Assembly (NCBI GenBank): GCA_028534125.1 | Contig: CM052832.1 | Coordinates: forward strand, 15,626,001-15,690,000 | Reading direction: 5' to 3' | Source: Lama glama | Lineage: Eukaryota | DNA: 64,000 nt | Shown: positions 46,960 through 63,731 of the stretch, piece by piece | Numbering within the stretch: the first letter of the stretch is position 1 | How the letters are laid out: each line of letters opens with the position of its first letter | Position numbers and translations under genes: made by a program | The notes under the pieces: model-generated | Databases searched by the model: none | Seen by the model: only the letters and a program-made list of their open reading frames with translations | What the model was told of the DNA's origin: nothing

Positions 46960-49900
46960 ATGGAGACAGCCCCCAAGCTGGGCAGGGATGTCCAGCCTAA
47001 GAAGGACAAACTTCAGGCCAAGAAGAAGGTAGAGGCCTCCTTGGGGTGGAAGGGAAGTTTTTAGCTGCGGGGTTGGAGGGGCGGGACAAGGGGCCGCCGA
47101 ACATCAGGGCTCCTGATCTGCCCGTAGAAACCGCGGCGATACTGGGAGGAAGAGACTTCTCCAACTGCTGCCGGAGCCTCTCCAGGGCCCCCTCGTAAAC
47201 TGAAGAGGAATCGAGAGCTCCGCCCCCAGAAGCCAAAGAACATTCACATCCGAAAGAAGTCTCGGATCTCCAAAAAGCCTCAGGCCCCGAAGAAACCCCG
47301 AGAACGGGGGCCTCAGCGGAGCTTGTCTGGGGTGAGCCTGGAACCTGACAGGGTAGCGAGACAACTCGCCTTCCGCCTTGAGGGTACGAGGGTTGGGGTC
47401 AACTCTAGTTGGTCTGCTAATTGCCTGCTCTGCCCTAGGCACAGGACCCATTTGCAGGCCCCGCCCCCGTCCCTGGGGAGGTGGTTCAGAAGTTCCGTCG
47501 CGTTGACAAATCCAAAAAGGTGAGACTTGTTGCAAGCAGGGAATGTCTGAGTGAATTGGATGGGGGCGGGGCCCGGTGGCTCTCTTGTGACCCTCCTCAT
47601 ATCCCTTGGTTCTTCCGCTCCTGCCCTAACGTGTGATAGCTGCCACGTTCTAAATCCAAAACCCGAAGCCGACTGGAGGCAGCTGAAGCTGAGGAAGAGG
47701 AAGTAAGTGTGAGAGCTGCTCGTTCTGAGCTGCTGCTTGCTGAGGAACCTGGGTAAGTGGACCCTAATGTGGGTCTCTCCGTCCCCTGCTTTATGGGGCT
47801 CTCGTTTCTCCATTTTGTTTTTGTACACCCATTTCACGTTAGGAAGCTTTAATGCAACTGTAACGCTCGCTTGCAGGTTTCTGGAAGGGGAGGATGGGGA
47901 GGACACGGCAAGGATACTTCAGGCTGACATCGTGGAGGCCGTGGACATCGCAAGTGCAGCCAAAGTGAGCCTGAGGATGGAAAAGTGCTCATTGGTTGAT
48001 GGGTGGTGCAGAGCAAGATGGAGGTGGGGAGTGGAAGAGAAAATTACTGAAGGGAGCCTTTTTTTTTTTTTTTAACTATTCCCTTTTCAGCACTTTGACT
48101 TGAACTTGAGGCAGTTTGGACCCTACAGGCTGAATTACTCTCGAACTGGGAGGTAAGGTTGAATTCCAATGACTTGAACTAGGATGTGGTCATGTCTCCT
48201 TAACCACTTCAGCCCTGCCCATCTCAGCCATACCAGTGTATGTTTGGATGTTGATGTGGGGAGGGTCCTGTGATCTGCTTCCATGTGAAGGTGAGTGTGT
48301 GGAGCAGTATCTCTCACCTGGAGAAGAGGAGCTGGCGTGGGGCAGACCTCTGAGTCAGGGGTCAGTGCTCCCCTGCATTGACACCCTGCCTGTCCCTACC
48401 TCCAACAGACACCTGGCTTTTGGAGGGCGCCGGGGTCACGTGGCTGCCCTTGACTGGGTGACAAAGAAGCTCATGTGTGAGATCAACGTCATGGAGGCAG
48501 TGCGGGACATCCGGTCAGTGGCCTCAGTGGGGTGAGATAGCCCATCCCTGATTGAATGATAGCCTGTGACTCCCTTTCATGTTGAATCACTCCTCTCTCC
48601 TCCCAGGTTTCTGCATTCAGAAGCACTGCTTGCTGTTGCTCAGAACCGCTGGCTTCACATTTACGACAACCAGGGCATTGAGCTCCACTGCATCCGCCGC
48701 TGTGACCGAGTCACACGTCTTGAGTTCCTGCCTTTCCACTTCCTCTTGGCCACAGCTGTGAGTGGCTGTGGAGCACAGGGACTGGGTGGCAGACCCTGAG
48801 AAGACTGATCCTCCCCTGGGACCCCAGTAGAGGGAAACTAGAAGGCAGTCAGTCTGTCTCTTTCTCTCTCTCTCTCATAGTCAGAGACAGGGTTTCTCAC
48901 ATACTTGGACGTGTCCGTGGGAAAGATTGTGGCTGCTCTGAATGCTCGGGCAGGACGGCTCGATGTCATGACTCAGAACCCTTACAATGCTGTCATCCAT
49001 CTTGGACACAGCAACGGTGGGTCCTTGGCTGAGGTCAATTCTGACCACCCATCCTGCTTTTCTCTTCTAAACATGTATTTCATGAGTCGCTTAAAGTTGC
49101 CCCTCTACCTCCCTCTCTTGTTACCTCTTGGCTTTGAGTCCCCATCTTTTCCAGGTTGAATCACCTCAGTGCCCTGTTAGTAACCTCAGCTCTTCTCTGA
49201 TGTCCAGGGACTGTGTCTTTATGGAGCCCAGCCATGAAGGAGCCACTGGCAAAGATTCTCTGTCACCGGGGTGGGGTCCGGGCTGTGGCAGTAGATTCTA
49301 CAGGCATGTAAGTCACTTGTTTGGGCATGAGGTGCTGTTGAGGGGGGTGTGTCACAGCTGGGCAAAAGGGACTAGAAGGTGATGTGCCTTTAGGAGCACA
49401 CACTCTGCAGCCAAACTGCCTGGTTTAAATCCTGGTGTTACCACTGACCAGCCATGTCGGTGGCCCATTATGTAACGTCGGTGTACCACACACGCTGCTT
49501 CCCCTGAGAGCGCGGGTATGAGTATCCAGCTCGAGGGTCAGAAAACTTTTCCTGTAAAGAGCCTGATAGTAAGCATTTTAGGCTTTTTTGATAAAGAGGC
49601 ATAACCGAGTGTTTCACATTGGTACTTACGTAACATGAGAGAAAAAGTATTGCAAATTTTTAAGCAATTACGTATAAAAACAATTGAACCACAATATATC
49701 TGTAACACAGGTCAACTAGTGGGAAGAACTGGATTTCTGTTTTGGAGAATAACATTTGCTTAATTGAGGTTTAGAATTAGTGTTCTGAATCGTCAAACTT
49801 GATTGCAGATGTGTATCTATCAATGCCGATCTGTGGAGAGGTTTTTTTTTTTTTTTCATCTTTGCAAACATTTTTCCACATAGATAGACAATGAGCTCGG

Positions 49901-52707
49901 TGGTGCTCAAAATGCTATCAGGTGGTGGCCTTGTCACTGAGATGATAGTGTCCTGGGCAGCAGTGTGAAGAGATACCGTCTTGACCATTCTCCTGTGCTC
50001 TCGTAGCACAAAAGCAGCCTCGGAATAAGTAACCAAATGAGAGTGGCTGTGTGCCAATAAAACTTTATTTGTGAACACTGAAATTTGAATTTGAAATAAC
50101 GTTCACGTGCCTTAAAAATGTTTTCTCTTGCTTTTTTTCCCCAACCACTTAAAAATGTAAAAACCATTCTCAGCTTATGGGCTGTACAGAAACAGGTGTG
50201 GGCTGGACTTACTTGACTCATGGGCCATAGTTCGCCAAGCCCTGGGCTTAGCTCCAAGCTGTAGTTGACATTAAAGACGGGCATGGCATCCAGAGCTTAC
50301 CGTGGTGCCTAGTGAGTGGGTGGCGCCACGCTCTGTGACCATCATCATTAAAGATGATCAGATGGTCGTTCTCTTGAGGTCTGGCTGGTGACGAGAAGGG
50401 TAGGGCTGGGAGGTCTGCTTTGAATTTCCACTCTTCCTGGGCGAGTATGTGCATTTCCACAGCTGTTCTGTCTGACTTGTATGTGTGTTCGGATCGGGCC
50501 TACTGTTTCTCCCAACTGGGCCTCTATTCAGCCCCATCAAAGGCCAACTCTGCTCAGAGGACCCTTTAGTTCCTTCCTCCTGTGTTCACAGCCACAGCTA
50601 AAGAGAGTCCTTGGTGTCTGGCAAACACACAGCCCCTGGCCTGGCTGGTCCCCCTTCAGCCTCCTTCTCTGAGGAGCAACTTGAACATCGACAGAAACTC
50701 CAGTCTCTGAAAGTAAACGACTTATGTGGGTCATGATTCCTTGAGAGGGTTTGGTCACCAACCTTGCCCCTCCTCCTTCCAGGGGAAGGGGGCGGGGTGG
50801 GGCCCTCCAGTGCATTACTGCCTTGCTTCCTAAGGAGGCTTTCTCCGGTCTGCATGTCTTCACCTTGTGACTTGTCATTGCTGGAGACCAATGTCGGGCA
50901 CTCTGGGTCCCTCTCTGACTTTCAAGAGCCCTTACAATTTGTACACTCCTGGTCCTCCTGTCCCTATTTCCCACCATCCTGAAAACAAATCCCTGCTTCC
51001 AATATCTGCTGTATATCTCTGTTTCTTGTGCTTTCTTGAGAATTGCCTAGAGAGGCTCAAATCCCAATTTTCCCACAAAGCCCTCCCCGACCTCCTCAAT
51101 CCGTCCTTCCCTCTGCTGAGCCGCTGGGCTGTCTGCGCAGTGGAACATCACTTAGATAGATTGTCGTATGCCTTTTCCCTTCAATTCACACGTCTTGAGT
51201 AGGTGAGAGCACAGACACTGAAGAACCCAGTCTAACTTGAATTCCAGCTCTACTGCTTACTCTGATTTCCCTTTTCTGAGTTTGTTTCCTCACTGTAAAA
51301 GGGAAATAAATAATACGGTCACGTGATGCTTAACTGAGAGGAGGCCTGTGGAGGGTGGTGTGATGGTAGTGATTACTATTATTATTGGTCTTTTTCTCCC
51401 CAGCTGGACTTCATGCCTGGACTTGGTCACAGGCCTGCCCAGTAAGCTCATACTACAGATTAACCTCCTCTTCCCCCCAGGCACATGGCCACCTCTGGTG
51501 TGGACCACCAGCTAAAGATCTTTGACTTGCGAGGGACGTTCCAGCCTCTGAGTGCTAGGACTCTGCCCCAGGGAGCAGGGCACCTGGCCTTCTCCCAGCG
51601 GGGACTGCTGGCTGCAGGAATGGGTGACGTGGTCAACGTGTGGGCAGGGCAGGGCAAGGCCAGCCCCCCCCTCCTGGAGCAGCCCTACCTCACTCACCGG
51701 CTCTCAGGCCACGTGCACAGCCTTCAGTTCTGCCCCTTTGAAGATGTGCTAGGGGTGGGGCACAGTGGGGGCATCACCAGTATGCTGATTCCTGGTGAGT
51801 AGGCAGGGATGGGGCTCATAGTGAATGAACTGGAGGGAAGTTGGGATGGGTCTTGGATCAGCCAGGATCAAGGGGATTGGTCAGGCTGGGCCCCTGTTGA
51901 TGGCCCCATGCTCCTTCCTCCTTCCAGGGGCTGCTGAGCCCAACTTTGATGGCCTGGAGAATAACCCATACAGGAGTCAGAAGCAGCGCCAGGAGTGGGA
52001 GGTGAAGGCGCTGCTGGAGAAGGTGAGGTGCCTGTGTGTAGTTTGGGGCCGGGGGTCTTGGGAAGAGTGGGATTCAGCAGCCTCCTTGGTTTCCATCCTT
52101 TGGTGTCACCCTCTTGTGGCTCCTTACCCTTTCCTGTCCCTCTGTGACACATCCAGGTACCTGCAGAGCTCATTTGTCTGGATCCACGAGCCCTGGCAGA
52201 AGTTGATGTCATCTCTTTGGAGCAGAAAAAGAAGGAACGGATCGAGAGGCTGGTATGGAGCAGGCGCCTGACCCCCACCTCCTATCCCCACCTTGTCCCC
52301 AGAAGTGCAGCACTGCAGGCAGGTGCCACCACCCCTGCCTCTGAGGCTGTTCCAGGTTTCCCTCTTACCCCTTCCCATAGGGCTATGATCCCGAGGCCAA
52401 GGCTCCATTCCAGCCAAAGCCAAAGCGGAAGGGCCGCAGTTCGACAGCAAGTCTGGTGAAGAGGAAGAGGAAAGTCATGGATGAAGAACACAGGGTAACT
52501 GAGCACTTGGGGTGGGCCAGGCGCCCATGGGCTCTGTCCTCTTGCTTGTGCCTTTGGCTTGGCCAGCCCGCCACTTCTCACCGCATCCCTCTCTCCCCAT
52601 CCCAGGACAGAGTCCGGCAGAGCCTTGAGGAGCAGCCGCAGAAGCAAGAGAAGGCAGCCAAGCCCACAGGGGCCCGGCCATCTGCTCTGGACAGATTTGT
52701 GCGCTGA
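46960..52707 (+). CDS. WDR46: WD repeat protein 46 (BING4/UTP7), 609 aa
   Basis: 15 exons: 46960-47028, 47128-47331, 47439-47519, 47640-47752, 47877-47964, 48091-48152, 48409-48513, 48607-48757, 48881-49016, 49208-49307, 51481-51794, 51928-52022, 52157-52252, 52381-52494, 52606-52707 (1830 nt). WD40 repeats, BING4CT motif ([28 protein letters not shown]), ends [14 protein letters not shown] at 52849. Confidence 0.97.
49532..50244. mobile_element. MER58/Cheshire-type hAT element in WDR46 intron 10
   Basis: GAGGGTCAGAAAACTTTTCCTGTAAAGAGCC..ATAGTAA..ATTTTAGGC start; GGGCCATAGTTCGCCAAGCCCTG end. Confidence 0.75.
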
Positions 52708-53442
52708 GCCAGGCTCCGGGGTGACCTGGGAACAACATTCTCTCCCCAGGACCCCCTGTGGGGAATGCTCCTGTTCCCTGGAATGAGGAGGGAGTAGTGT
52801 GCCCCTTCCCCATCTAGGAGTGGACAGCTGGCTCTGGGGTGGGTTGGTATTAAAGAGGAAGGTGAGTGTTTGGATAATGTGTTGGGATCATCCTGTGGAC
52901 TTGTCCTCTCCCAGGTCTAGCACAGGGCTGCTCTCGGATACCAGGGGTCGGTCATGGTGTCTTGTTCCTACCCTTCCCTGTCTCTTGGGGTTGCTGTGGC
53001 CTTAGCCTTGCCCTATAGGGCCTTCCTCCTTGGAAAGGCTGTCCTCCCTCTCCCACAACCCTGGATATGTTCTTCCCATCCAGCAGGGTCCGGTAGCCTT
53101 CAGGTTGCCCAGGTTTGTGTTCTGGGGCTTCTGGTGAGGACCACACTGTACTCGAAGAGGAAGAGAGACAAGTTTATTGAGGGGCTTATGCCCCTCCTGC
53201 CACGGCTGGAGAGAACAACCCAGCATGTGCTGCTCTTCCTGACGACCATCTTTGGGGCTGGCAGGTCAGGCTTCTAGGTTTCTCCTGTATCCCTCAGTCT
53301 TCAGTGACAGACTGAGTGTCTGGTGTGGGGAAGCTGATCCGGGCAGCCAGCTAGGGCCCCTGCCTTGGGCATGGGAGAGAGGTCGTGGGGGTGCTAGCTG
53401 GACCCTCCACTCCTCGTCCCTCTCGTGAGCCCCCAAGCACTC

Positions 53443-54594
53443 TCAGCTGTAAAGCCAGGCTATTACCCGACACCGCAGGATGCCTAGTGCTCCTTGGAGC
53501 CAGGAGCAGTGGGGTTCAGTTCTTTCACCATTAGAGCCATCCACCAGCTTCCAGGCTTTCTGCATCTCCATGGGATCCAACCCGTGGGATGTCAGCAGGA
53601 ATTTCCCATAGCAGCACCGGTCCAGAGGGTAGTGGGTCGCACCAGCCAGCTTGACAGAGTGGGTTGGGGTGAGGCCTCCTCGTCGGGCACTTACTCCCAC
53701 AAAGACATCCTCCAGAGGCAGAGGGGGTGCCCGGCTGGCCACCTTCAGGATGAGCTGCACGGCGGAAGCTGATAGCACATAACCTGTGCCTGAGGCATAG
53801 GGGGGAAAGGGGCCCCAGGTGGGAGGCCACTGCTCCTCTGATATCTGGTGCTTGCCCCCTGGTGTCCGAGAGGGGTGCACCCGCCAGTGCACACGGCCCA
53901 AATACAAAAGAGGCACTGAATGGCTCCCCAAGGTGGGGCCTCCTTCCCACTTTTCATCTCTAACCTTAGCCTTTTTCTGGGGCTCCATGCCCCTCTTCTG
54001 TTGCTCCCAATGGCCCCCTCGCCGGACCAGCTCTGATACTAGTTCCGGGACGTTGACATACACGTCATCGTCAGTTTTGAGGATGTAGCGCGCCATGGGG
54101 CAGTGTTTGTCCGCCCAGTTGAGCCCACTGAGGGTCTTGAGGGTGAGGTTGCGGTAGGAATCCTGGAAGGCCGCCTGCATGATGTCCCCCTGGGCCGCTG
54201 ACTCCCGTGCCAGGTCGTTCCCGTGGGAGTCCCCGGTGGGATGGCGCCAGCTTGGTTCCCCCAGTAGAAAGAGAGTCTGCACCCTGAGCCCCTGGGCCTC
54301 GCGTAGGCCGCCCCATGAGGCCCTAATGGCATTTCTCTGGTTCAGGTTCTCTGGGGCCGTGCACACTAGGATTAGCAGGAAGGGAGGGGCAACGGGACCA
54401 CTACACAGCTTCTCGTTGGGGATCAAGAGGCGGGGCAGGGCCAGGGGCGGCCCAGGCGAGACAGGGGCAGGGACCAGGGAGGCTAGCGAGAGGCTCAGCA
54501 GCTCTTCCCCGATGCCCGAGGGCCCAAATAGGGTCCAGACAATCACCAACAGCAGGGCGACGAGGAGAAGGCGCCGGAAGAGACTGAGGGGCAT
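53443..54594 (-). CDS. B3GALT4: Beta-1,3-galactosyltransferase 4 (GM1/GD1b synthase), 383 aa, uninterrupted CDS
   Basis: Type II signal anchor and GT31 motifs FQDSYRNLTLKT, KTDDDVYVN, FPPYASGTGY, EDVFVG. Minus-strand AATAAA at 53173-53178. Confidence 0.98.
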   Translation of the reverse strand: MPLSLFRRLLLVALLLVIVWTLFGPSGIGEELLSLSLASLVPAPVSPGPPLALPRLLIPNEKLCSGPVAPPFLLILVCTAPENLNQRNAIRASWGGLREAQGLRVQTLFLLGEPSWRHPTGDSHGNDLARESAAQGDIMQAAFQDSYRNLTLKTLSGLNWADKHCPMARYILKTDDDVYVNVPELVSELVRRGGHWEQQKRGMEPQKKAKVRDEKWEGGPTLGSHSVPLLYLGRVHWRVHPSRTPGGKHQISEEQWPPTWGPFPPYASGTGYVLSASAVQLILKVASRAPPLPLEDVFVGVSARRGGLTPTHSVKLAGATHYPLDRCCYGKFLLTSHGLDPMEMQKAWKLVDGSNGERTEPHCSWLQGALGILRCRVIAWLYS

Positions 54595-54599
54595 GGTGT

Positions 54600-55130
54600 G
54601 GCACGGTCAGAAGGGATCTGGAGGGAAAGATGGAGGGCAGTTAATGGCCAGGGAGCCCAGCTCTCGGAAACCTGGGTCCTTAAAGGGCCACGCCTGGGAT
54701 GGGGCGGGCGAATCGCGAGGCTAGTATCAGCGCCGGAAGGTGCTGACGCGGGAGGCGGCGCGGCGGGAACCCTGGGGGCAGCTTTGGAGAGGTTACCTTG
54801 TCGGCGCGGCTCCAGAGCCCGGCTCCATGGCTGGCCGCTCCGCTTCACCAGCCGCCTTCCCCGCCCAAGTCCCGCCCCTTTCGCCGGGCGGGCTTGGCGC
54901 TGCGCAACCCCGCCGGAAGCTTCGCAACCGCGCGACGCACAGACTACAGGCGGGAGTGGGTGGGGTGGAAGCGTGACCGTTCCCCGGACCAGGCAGGAAT
55001 GAAATTGGACCCGTGTCTTAGCCGACAAACGCTGTGCAGCCGGACCGGCAGCGGCCTCCCCCGCGACCGCGCATCCCACCTCCCTGACGTCCCGGGGCCC
55101 AGTTTTTCTGGGTCGTCGTAATCAGCATAC
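54600..55130 (-). promoter_or_regulatory. B3GALT4: B3GALT4 CpG island, promoter and 5' leader
   Basis: Dense CpG, GC boxes and an ETS site directly upstream of the CDS on the minus strand. Confidence 0.7.
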
Positions 55131-55571
55131 CCCCCCAACTTTCCGATTCTGGGCCCCTACCTTGTAAAACCTGGGGTGGTAAAGATCTGCAAATTCTCAT
55201 CCAAGCAATTGGCTAGGCTCAGCTACTACACAAGGCACAACATTCCACACGCCAAACCCAAGGAACCTCGTCTTCATACTGGTCAGGGCTCCCCCTCAAG
55301 GCTGAGTGTTGCTTATTCCTCCCTCCCACCTTTGAGCGACACACTAGATAAAGGGTTGCTTCCGGTAGGGTGGGGACTAGCAATAGTAAGCTTTAATCAA
55401 GACCAAGGACATTGGGTACCTGAGGGGGCAATCAGCTAAGAGGGAAAAAGGACCAACAGGGTCCAGCATTACAGCACATTCCCTTATCAGTGTCCCAGAA
55501 AAATGGCAAGGACCACAAAGAAGGAAGCCATAACTGTATAAACTATTTATTAACAGACAACGCCCACAAAT

Positions 55572-59691
<4,120 letters not shown>

Positions 59692-59724
59692 GGCGGCGGC
59701 CCCAGCGGCGGTGTGTAGGCCTCC

Positions 59725-60116
59725 AGTGGAAGAGAGAACGGAAGTTACGTAACAGCCTTTTATAGCTAGCAGGCGGAAGAGGCGGAGCGGTCTCTGCGAG
59801 GAGCTTCCGGAAACTGCACGAGACTTCTGAGAGTCCGCTCTGGGCACAACAACTTCCGGTGCGGTCTCCCTTTAAAGTTCGTAAAGTTCTTGGGTGTGAG
59901 AGCAACGAAGGTTCCGGGTTGAGATCGTGCTTAAGACTTCCAATTCCCATTTACACTTGGGTGAAGCGGTTACACCTGAAAGGGGAAGGCTGGAGTCAAA
60001 CAATTTAACTCAAATATCTGGGAACGATTTCGCGCTTTGCAAGACATTCCAGGACTTCGAGTTCCAATCCGCGGAACGGAGTCGCCTGACAGCTGCCGGA
60101 AGTGAGGCTGCGCGGA
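59725..60116. promoter_or_regulatory. Bidirectional RPS18/VPS52 promoter with RPS18 5'TOP/TCT start and TATA-like box
   Basis: Minus strand reads TATAAAA (59764-59758), then CTCTCTTCC at about 59736-59728 (5'TOP). Several ETS (CGGAAG) sites, including CCGGAAGT about 60096 just before the VPS52 ATG. Confidence 0.85.
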
Positions 60117-63100
60117 ATGGCCGCTGCTGCGACCATGGCCGCAGCTGCCCGGGAGCTGGTGCTGCGGACGGGGGCCTCAGATATGGAGGAGGAAGAGGGC
60201 CCGCTGGTGAGAGCGCAGGGATATTTTTCCTCCAGAGGCTTTTCAGGCCTCCTCACGTCAGAAGGGCCTGGGTTGCATGTAGGCACAAGGTTAGGAGCTC
60301 GGCTTCTACCGTTGATGCTACCTGGTCTGGCTCTTCATACCCCTCCCTGGGATGGACTGGAGCCCGAGCGGGGACCAGAATGGCCGAGACTCAGGTTCTG
60401 GGGACACAATTTCAGTTAACCTCCGGATGTTTGGGCAGAAGAGAAGCAATGTAGTGTAAAGGTTAAGAACATGGCTTCTGGAGTCAAACTGCCGGGGTTC
60501 TAATTCCAGCTCTGCCACTTAAACTTTGTGTGTCTTTGGGCACATTAACTAGCTTTTTTGTGCCAGTACTTTCCATACCTATGAAGTGAAGAAAATGAGA
60601 CCTACTATATAGGGTGTCGGCTAGGAGTAAATGACTTAGTATATGTAAGTTGGCACCTGACATGCAGGTAAACACTGTTAGCTGACATTTCTGGAAAGGC
60701 TAGGGCTCCCCAGAGGAATTGTGATAGAACACTTAAGGTAGCAGGAGTCTGGGGATCCTAAATTCAACTGCAATTTCAGCTCTGTTCTCTGCATCTCCTA
60801 ATTTTCCTCATTTGGTCACTTCGCCCCTTGGTGGGTTGCTTGTCTCCTTGTCATATTCCCTACACATCAGCCCCAACTAGTAGACTGGGTACCATATGAG
60901 ACTTATGGGATTTTTTTGACTCAGTACCTACCTATGACCCTAGTAAAAGTCCCTCTCCCCAACTTAAAGCATTGGGGTTTATCCCATTATATTTTGTTCT
61001 CCCCCTTTCTTTCCTATAACCTGCCCCTCTCCAGGGGGGTGGTCCGGGTCTTCAGGAGCCATTGCAACTTGGAGAGTTGGACATCACCTCTGATGAATTC
61101 ATCCTGGATGAAGTGGATGGTAAGTGTTGGCACTGGGTGGATGCAATACTTATAATCTGAGAGGCATAGGGGCCAGAAGTGATAAAGCAGGGATTGGTGT
61201 GTAGATGTTTAATGTTGGGAGAGGGAGCTGTGGAGCCAGCTGAACCCTTACGATAAACTTCTGTTTCCAGTTCACATTCAGGCAAATCTGGAGGATGAGT
61301 TAGTAAAGGAAGCTCTTAAAACGGTGAGGCTTTCCACTATACTAATCTGCCCCTCCACCTACCCTCTCCTCAAAGAAAAGAAAACAGTCTCTTGCTCTTA
61401 AAATGTCACCCTGTCTTACTTTCTAGTCCTTTGTTGATTCTGTCCTGGTGTTCCTTCGCTGACTCTCTCCTGCTGACCTGTAATGTTTATGTTCTCCCAG
61501 GGCGTGGATCTCCGGCACTATTCAAAGCAGGTTGAACTGGAGCTACAACAGATTGAGCAGAAATCCATTCGGGATTGTATCCTCTAGCAGAGGAAAAGGG
61601 TGGTGTTATTAAGATGGAGATTTTATGGGGTGTGGTGCTGATGTCATGCTGGGGCTTCCATCTTCTTTCTGAGGTTTCTGTCAGCTCGGGGAGAAATTGG
61701 AAAGGGCCTGCAAATCTGAGGATCTCTGTTTTCATGATGACACTCCTTGACTTTTGTGGGTCAGATATCCAAGAGAGTGAGAACATAGCTTCTCTGCACA
61801 ACCAGATCACAGCCTGCGATGCTGTCCTTGAGGTTAGTAACCATGACTTGTGACCCCAATAACCCTGAACCAGATCATGGTCGCTAGTACCATTCTTTAG
61901 GTCATTAGCCTTAGGTGGGGACAGTTAGAGCCACTTTCAGGGTGACCTAAGCGGCTTTTTTGTTCTTGCTGTCATAACTAATGTTATTTGCTAGTGACCT
62001 TTGGGGTACATCTTCCCTTATGACCTGCTGCCCTCATAGACTGATAGATACTGGAGACTACCAAGAAACTTGCGTGGCCCACTCATCCCCTGCCACCCCA
62101 ATGGCAATTCAGCAACACTTCTGCCTTCCCCCCAGCGCATGGAGCAGATGTTGGGAGCTTTTCAGAGTGATCTCAGCTCCATCAGCTCTGAGATCCGGAC
62201 ACTGCAGGAACAGTCAGGCGCCATGAATATTCGGCTTCGAAACCGCCAGGCTGTCCGGGGGAAACTGGGGGAGCTTGTCGATGGCCTAGTGGTGCCCTCT
62301 GCTCTTGTCGCGTGAGTCACCAATCTGAAGGGTCATAATGTCTATAGTAAGTAGATGGGCTGGAGTGACCTACGCTGCTTACCCCATGGGCCTCCTGGCT
62401 CCCAATCATCAAGTGCCTTCCAAAAACCGATCAGTGGATTGACAACCTTTATAACCTTGACCTGTGCTTTAGGCATCAAAGATGAGGGATCATCCAGGGT
62501 CAGGCATGTAGTGAGGGGGTCCAAGGCTTACATGGGCAGTAGGGATGTGTATTTGTCCAGGAACAGAAAACTTTTTCTGTATGTTCCAACTACATGATAC
62601 AGTGTAAGAATGGAGAAGAGACGGGCTGGATGTAAGGGGTATGTTTTAAAGTCTAGGGATATCTGGGTCTCTCTCCTAACCCATCCCATCCCTCCCTGCT
62701 ACCCAGGGCAATTCTGGAGGCACCAGTGACAGAGCCCAGGTTCCTGGAGCAGCTGCAGGAACTGGATGCCAAGGCAGCTGCAGTCCGAGAGCAGGAAGCT
62801 AGAGGGACGGCGGCCTGTGCAGACGTCAGAGGCGTTCTTGACCGGCTCCGGGTCAAGGTCGGGGGTGGGGGTGGATACTCCTGAGACCACAAGAACCAGC
62901 CTCCCTGAGATGTACACCCCTGGATTTCCCTGGCAGAGCTCATTCTCACATCTCTGGGTTTCCCTGAAAGTCATTGTTTTCTTTAATGGAGATACTGGGG
63001 ATTGAACCTAGAACCTCGTGCATGCTAAGCATGTGCTCTGCCACCGAGCTATACCCTCCCCACCTTAAGAAATATTGAAGAGATATTCTCTACTCTTCCC

Positions 63101-63731
63101 CCTATATTGAAGATTTGTTACTTCCCTAATGCTTCCCAAACTGAGAAGGTTGCAGCTTCATGCCCTGTGTTTGGTCCCCCATGCCTAGGCAGTGACGAAG
63201 ATCCGGGAGTTCATCCTTCAGAAGATTTATTCCTTCAGAAAACCCATGACCAACTATCAGATCCCCCAGACGGCCCTGCTGAAGTACAGGTCACCACCAG
63301 AAGGAAGGGCTTGGGATGGCCTCTGAGCTTTTGAGCAACCCAGCGTGCTGTCTGGTGTCTTGGGCAGGCAGGGAGACTGACTGGTCCCGACCCCTGCAGG
63401 TTCTTCTATCAGTTCCTGCTGGGCAATGAACGAGCAACAGCGAAGGAGATAAGGGACGAATACGTGGAGACGCTGAGCAAGATCTACCTGTCTTACTACC
63501 GCTCTTACCTGGGGCGGCTCATGAAGGTGCAGGTGAGGCCACAGAGGGAGAAGTATTCCTGGGCACCTGGGCTGGGCAGAGGGGCAGCCACTGGGCAACG
63601 GGGGACACTATAAAGAGAAATTTTTTTTTGTTGAGCTTTGGGAAGCTATGGTTACCAGTTCTCTTTTCACTAGTATGAGGAAGTCGCTGAGAAGGACGAT
63701 CTAATGGGCGTGGAAGATACAGCAAAGAAAG
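60117..63731 (+). CDS. VPS52: VPS52 subunit of GARP/EARP complexes, 5' partial (exons 1-10; continues beyond the window)
   Basis: Exons 60117-60206, 61035-61119, 61271-61323, 61501-61576, 61765-61832, 62136-62311, 62707-62857, 63189-63289, 63400-63532, 63674-63731. Translation: MAAAATMAAAARELVLR...GVDLRHYSKQVELEL...YEEVAEKDDLMGVEDTAKK. Confidence 0.96.
60445..60685. mobile_element. MIR in VPS52 intron 1
   Basis: GGTTAAGAACATGGCTTCTGGAGTCAAACTGCC..AATTCCAGCTCTGCCACTTA. Confidence 0.8.
62980..63063 (-). mobile_element. Camelid tRNA-derived SINE in VPS52 intron 7
   Basis: Reverse complement of the SINE head. Confidence 0.9.
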
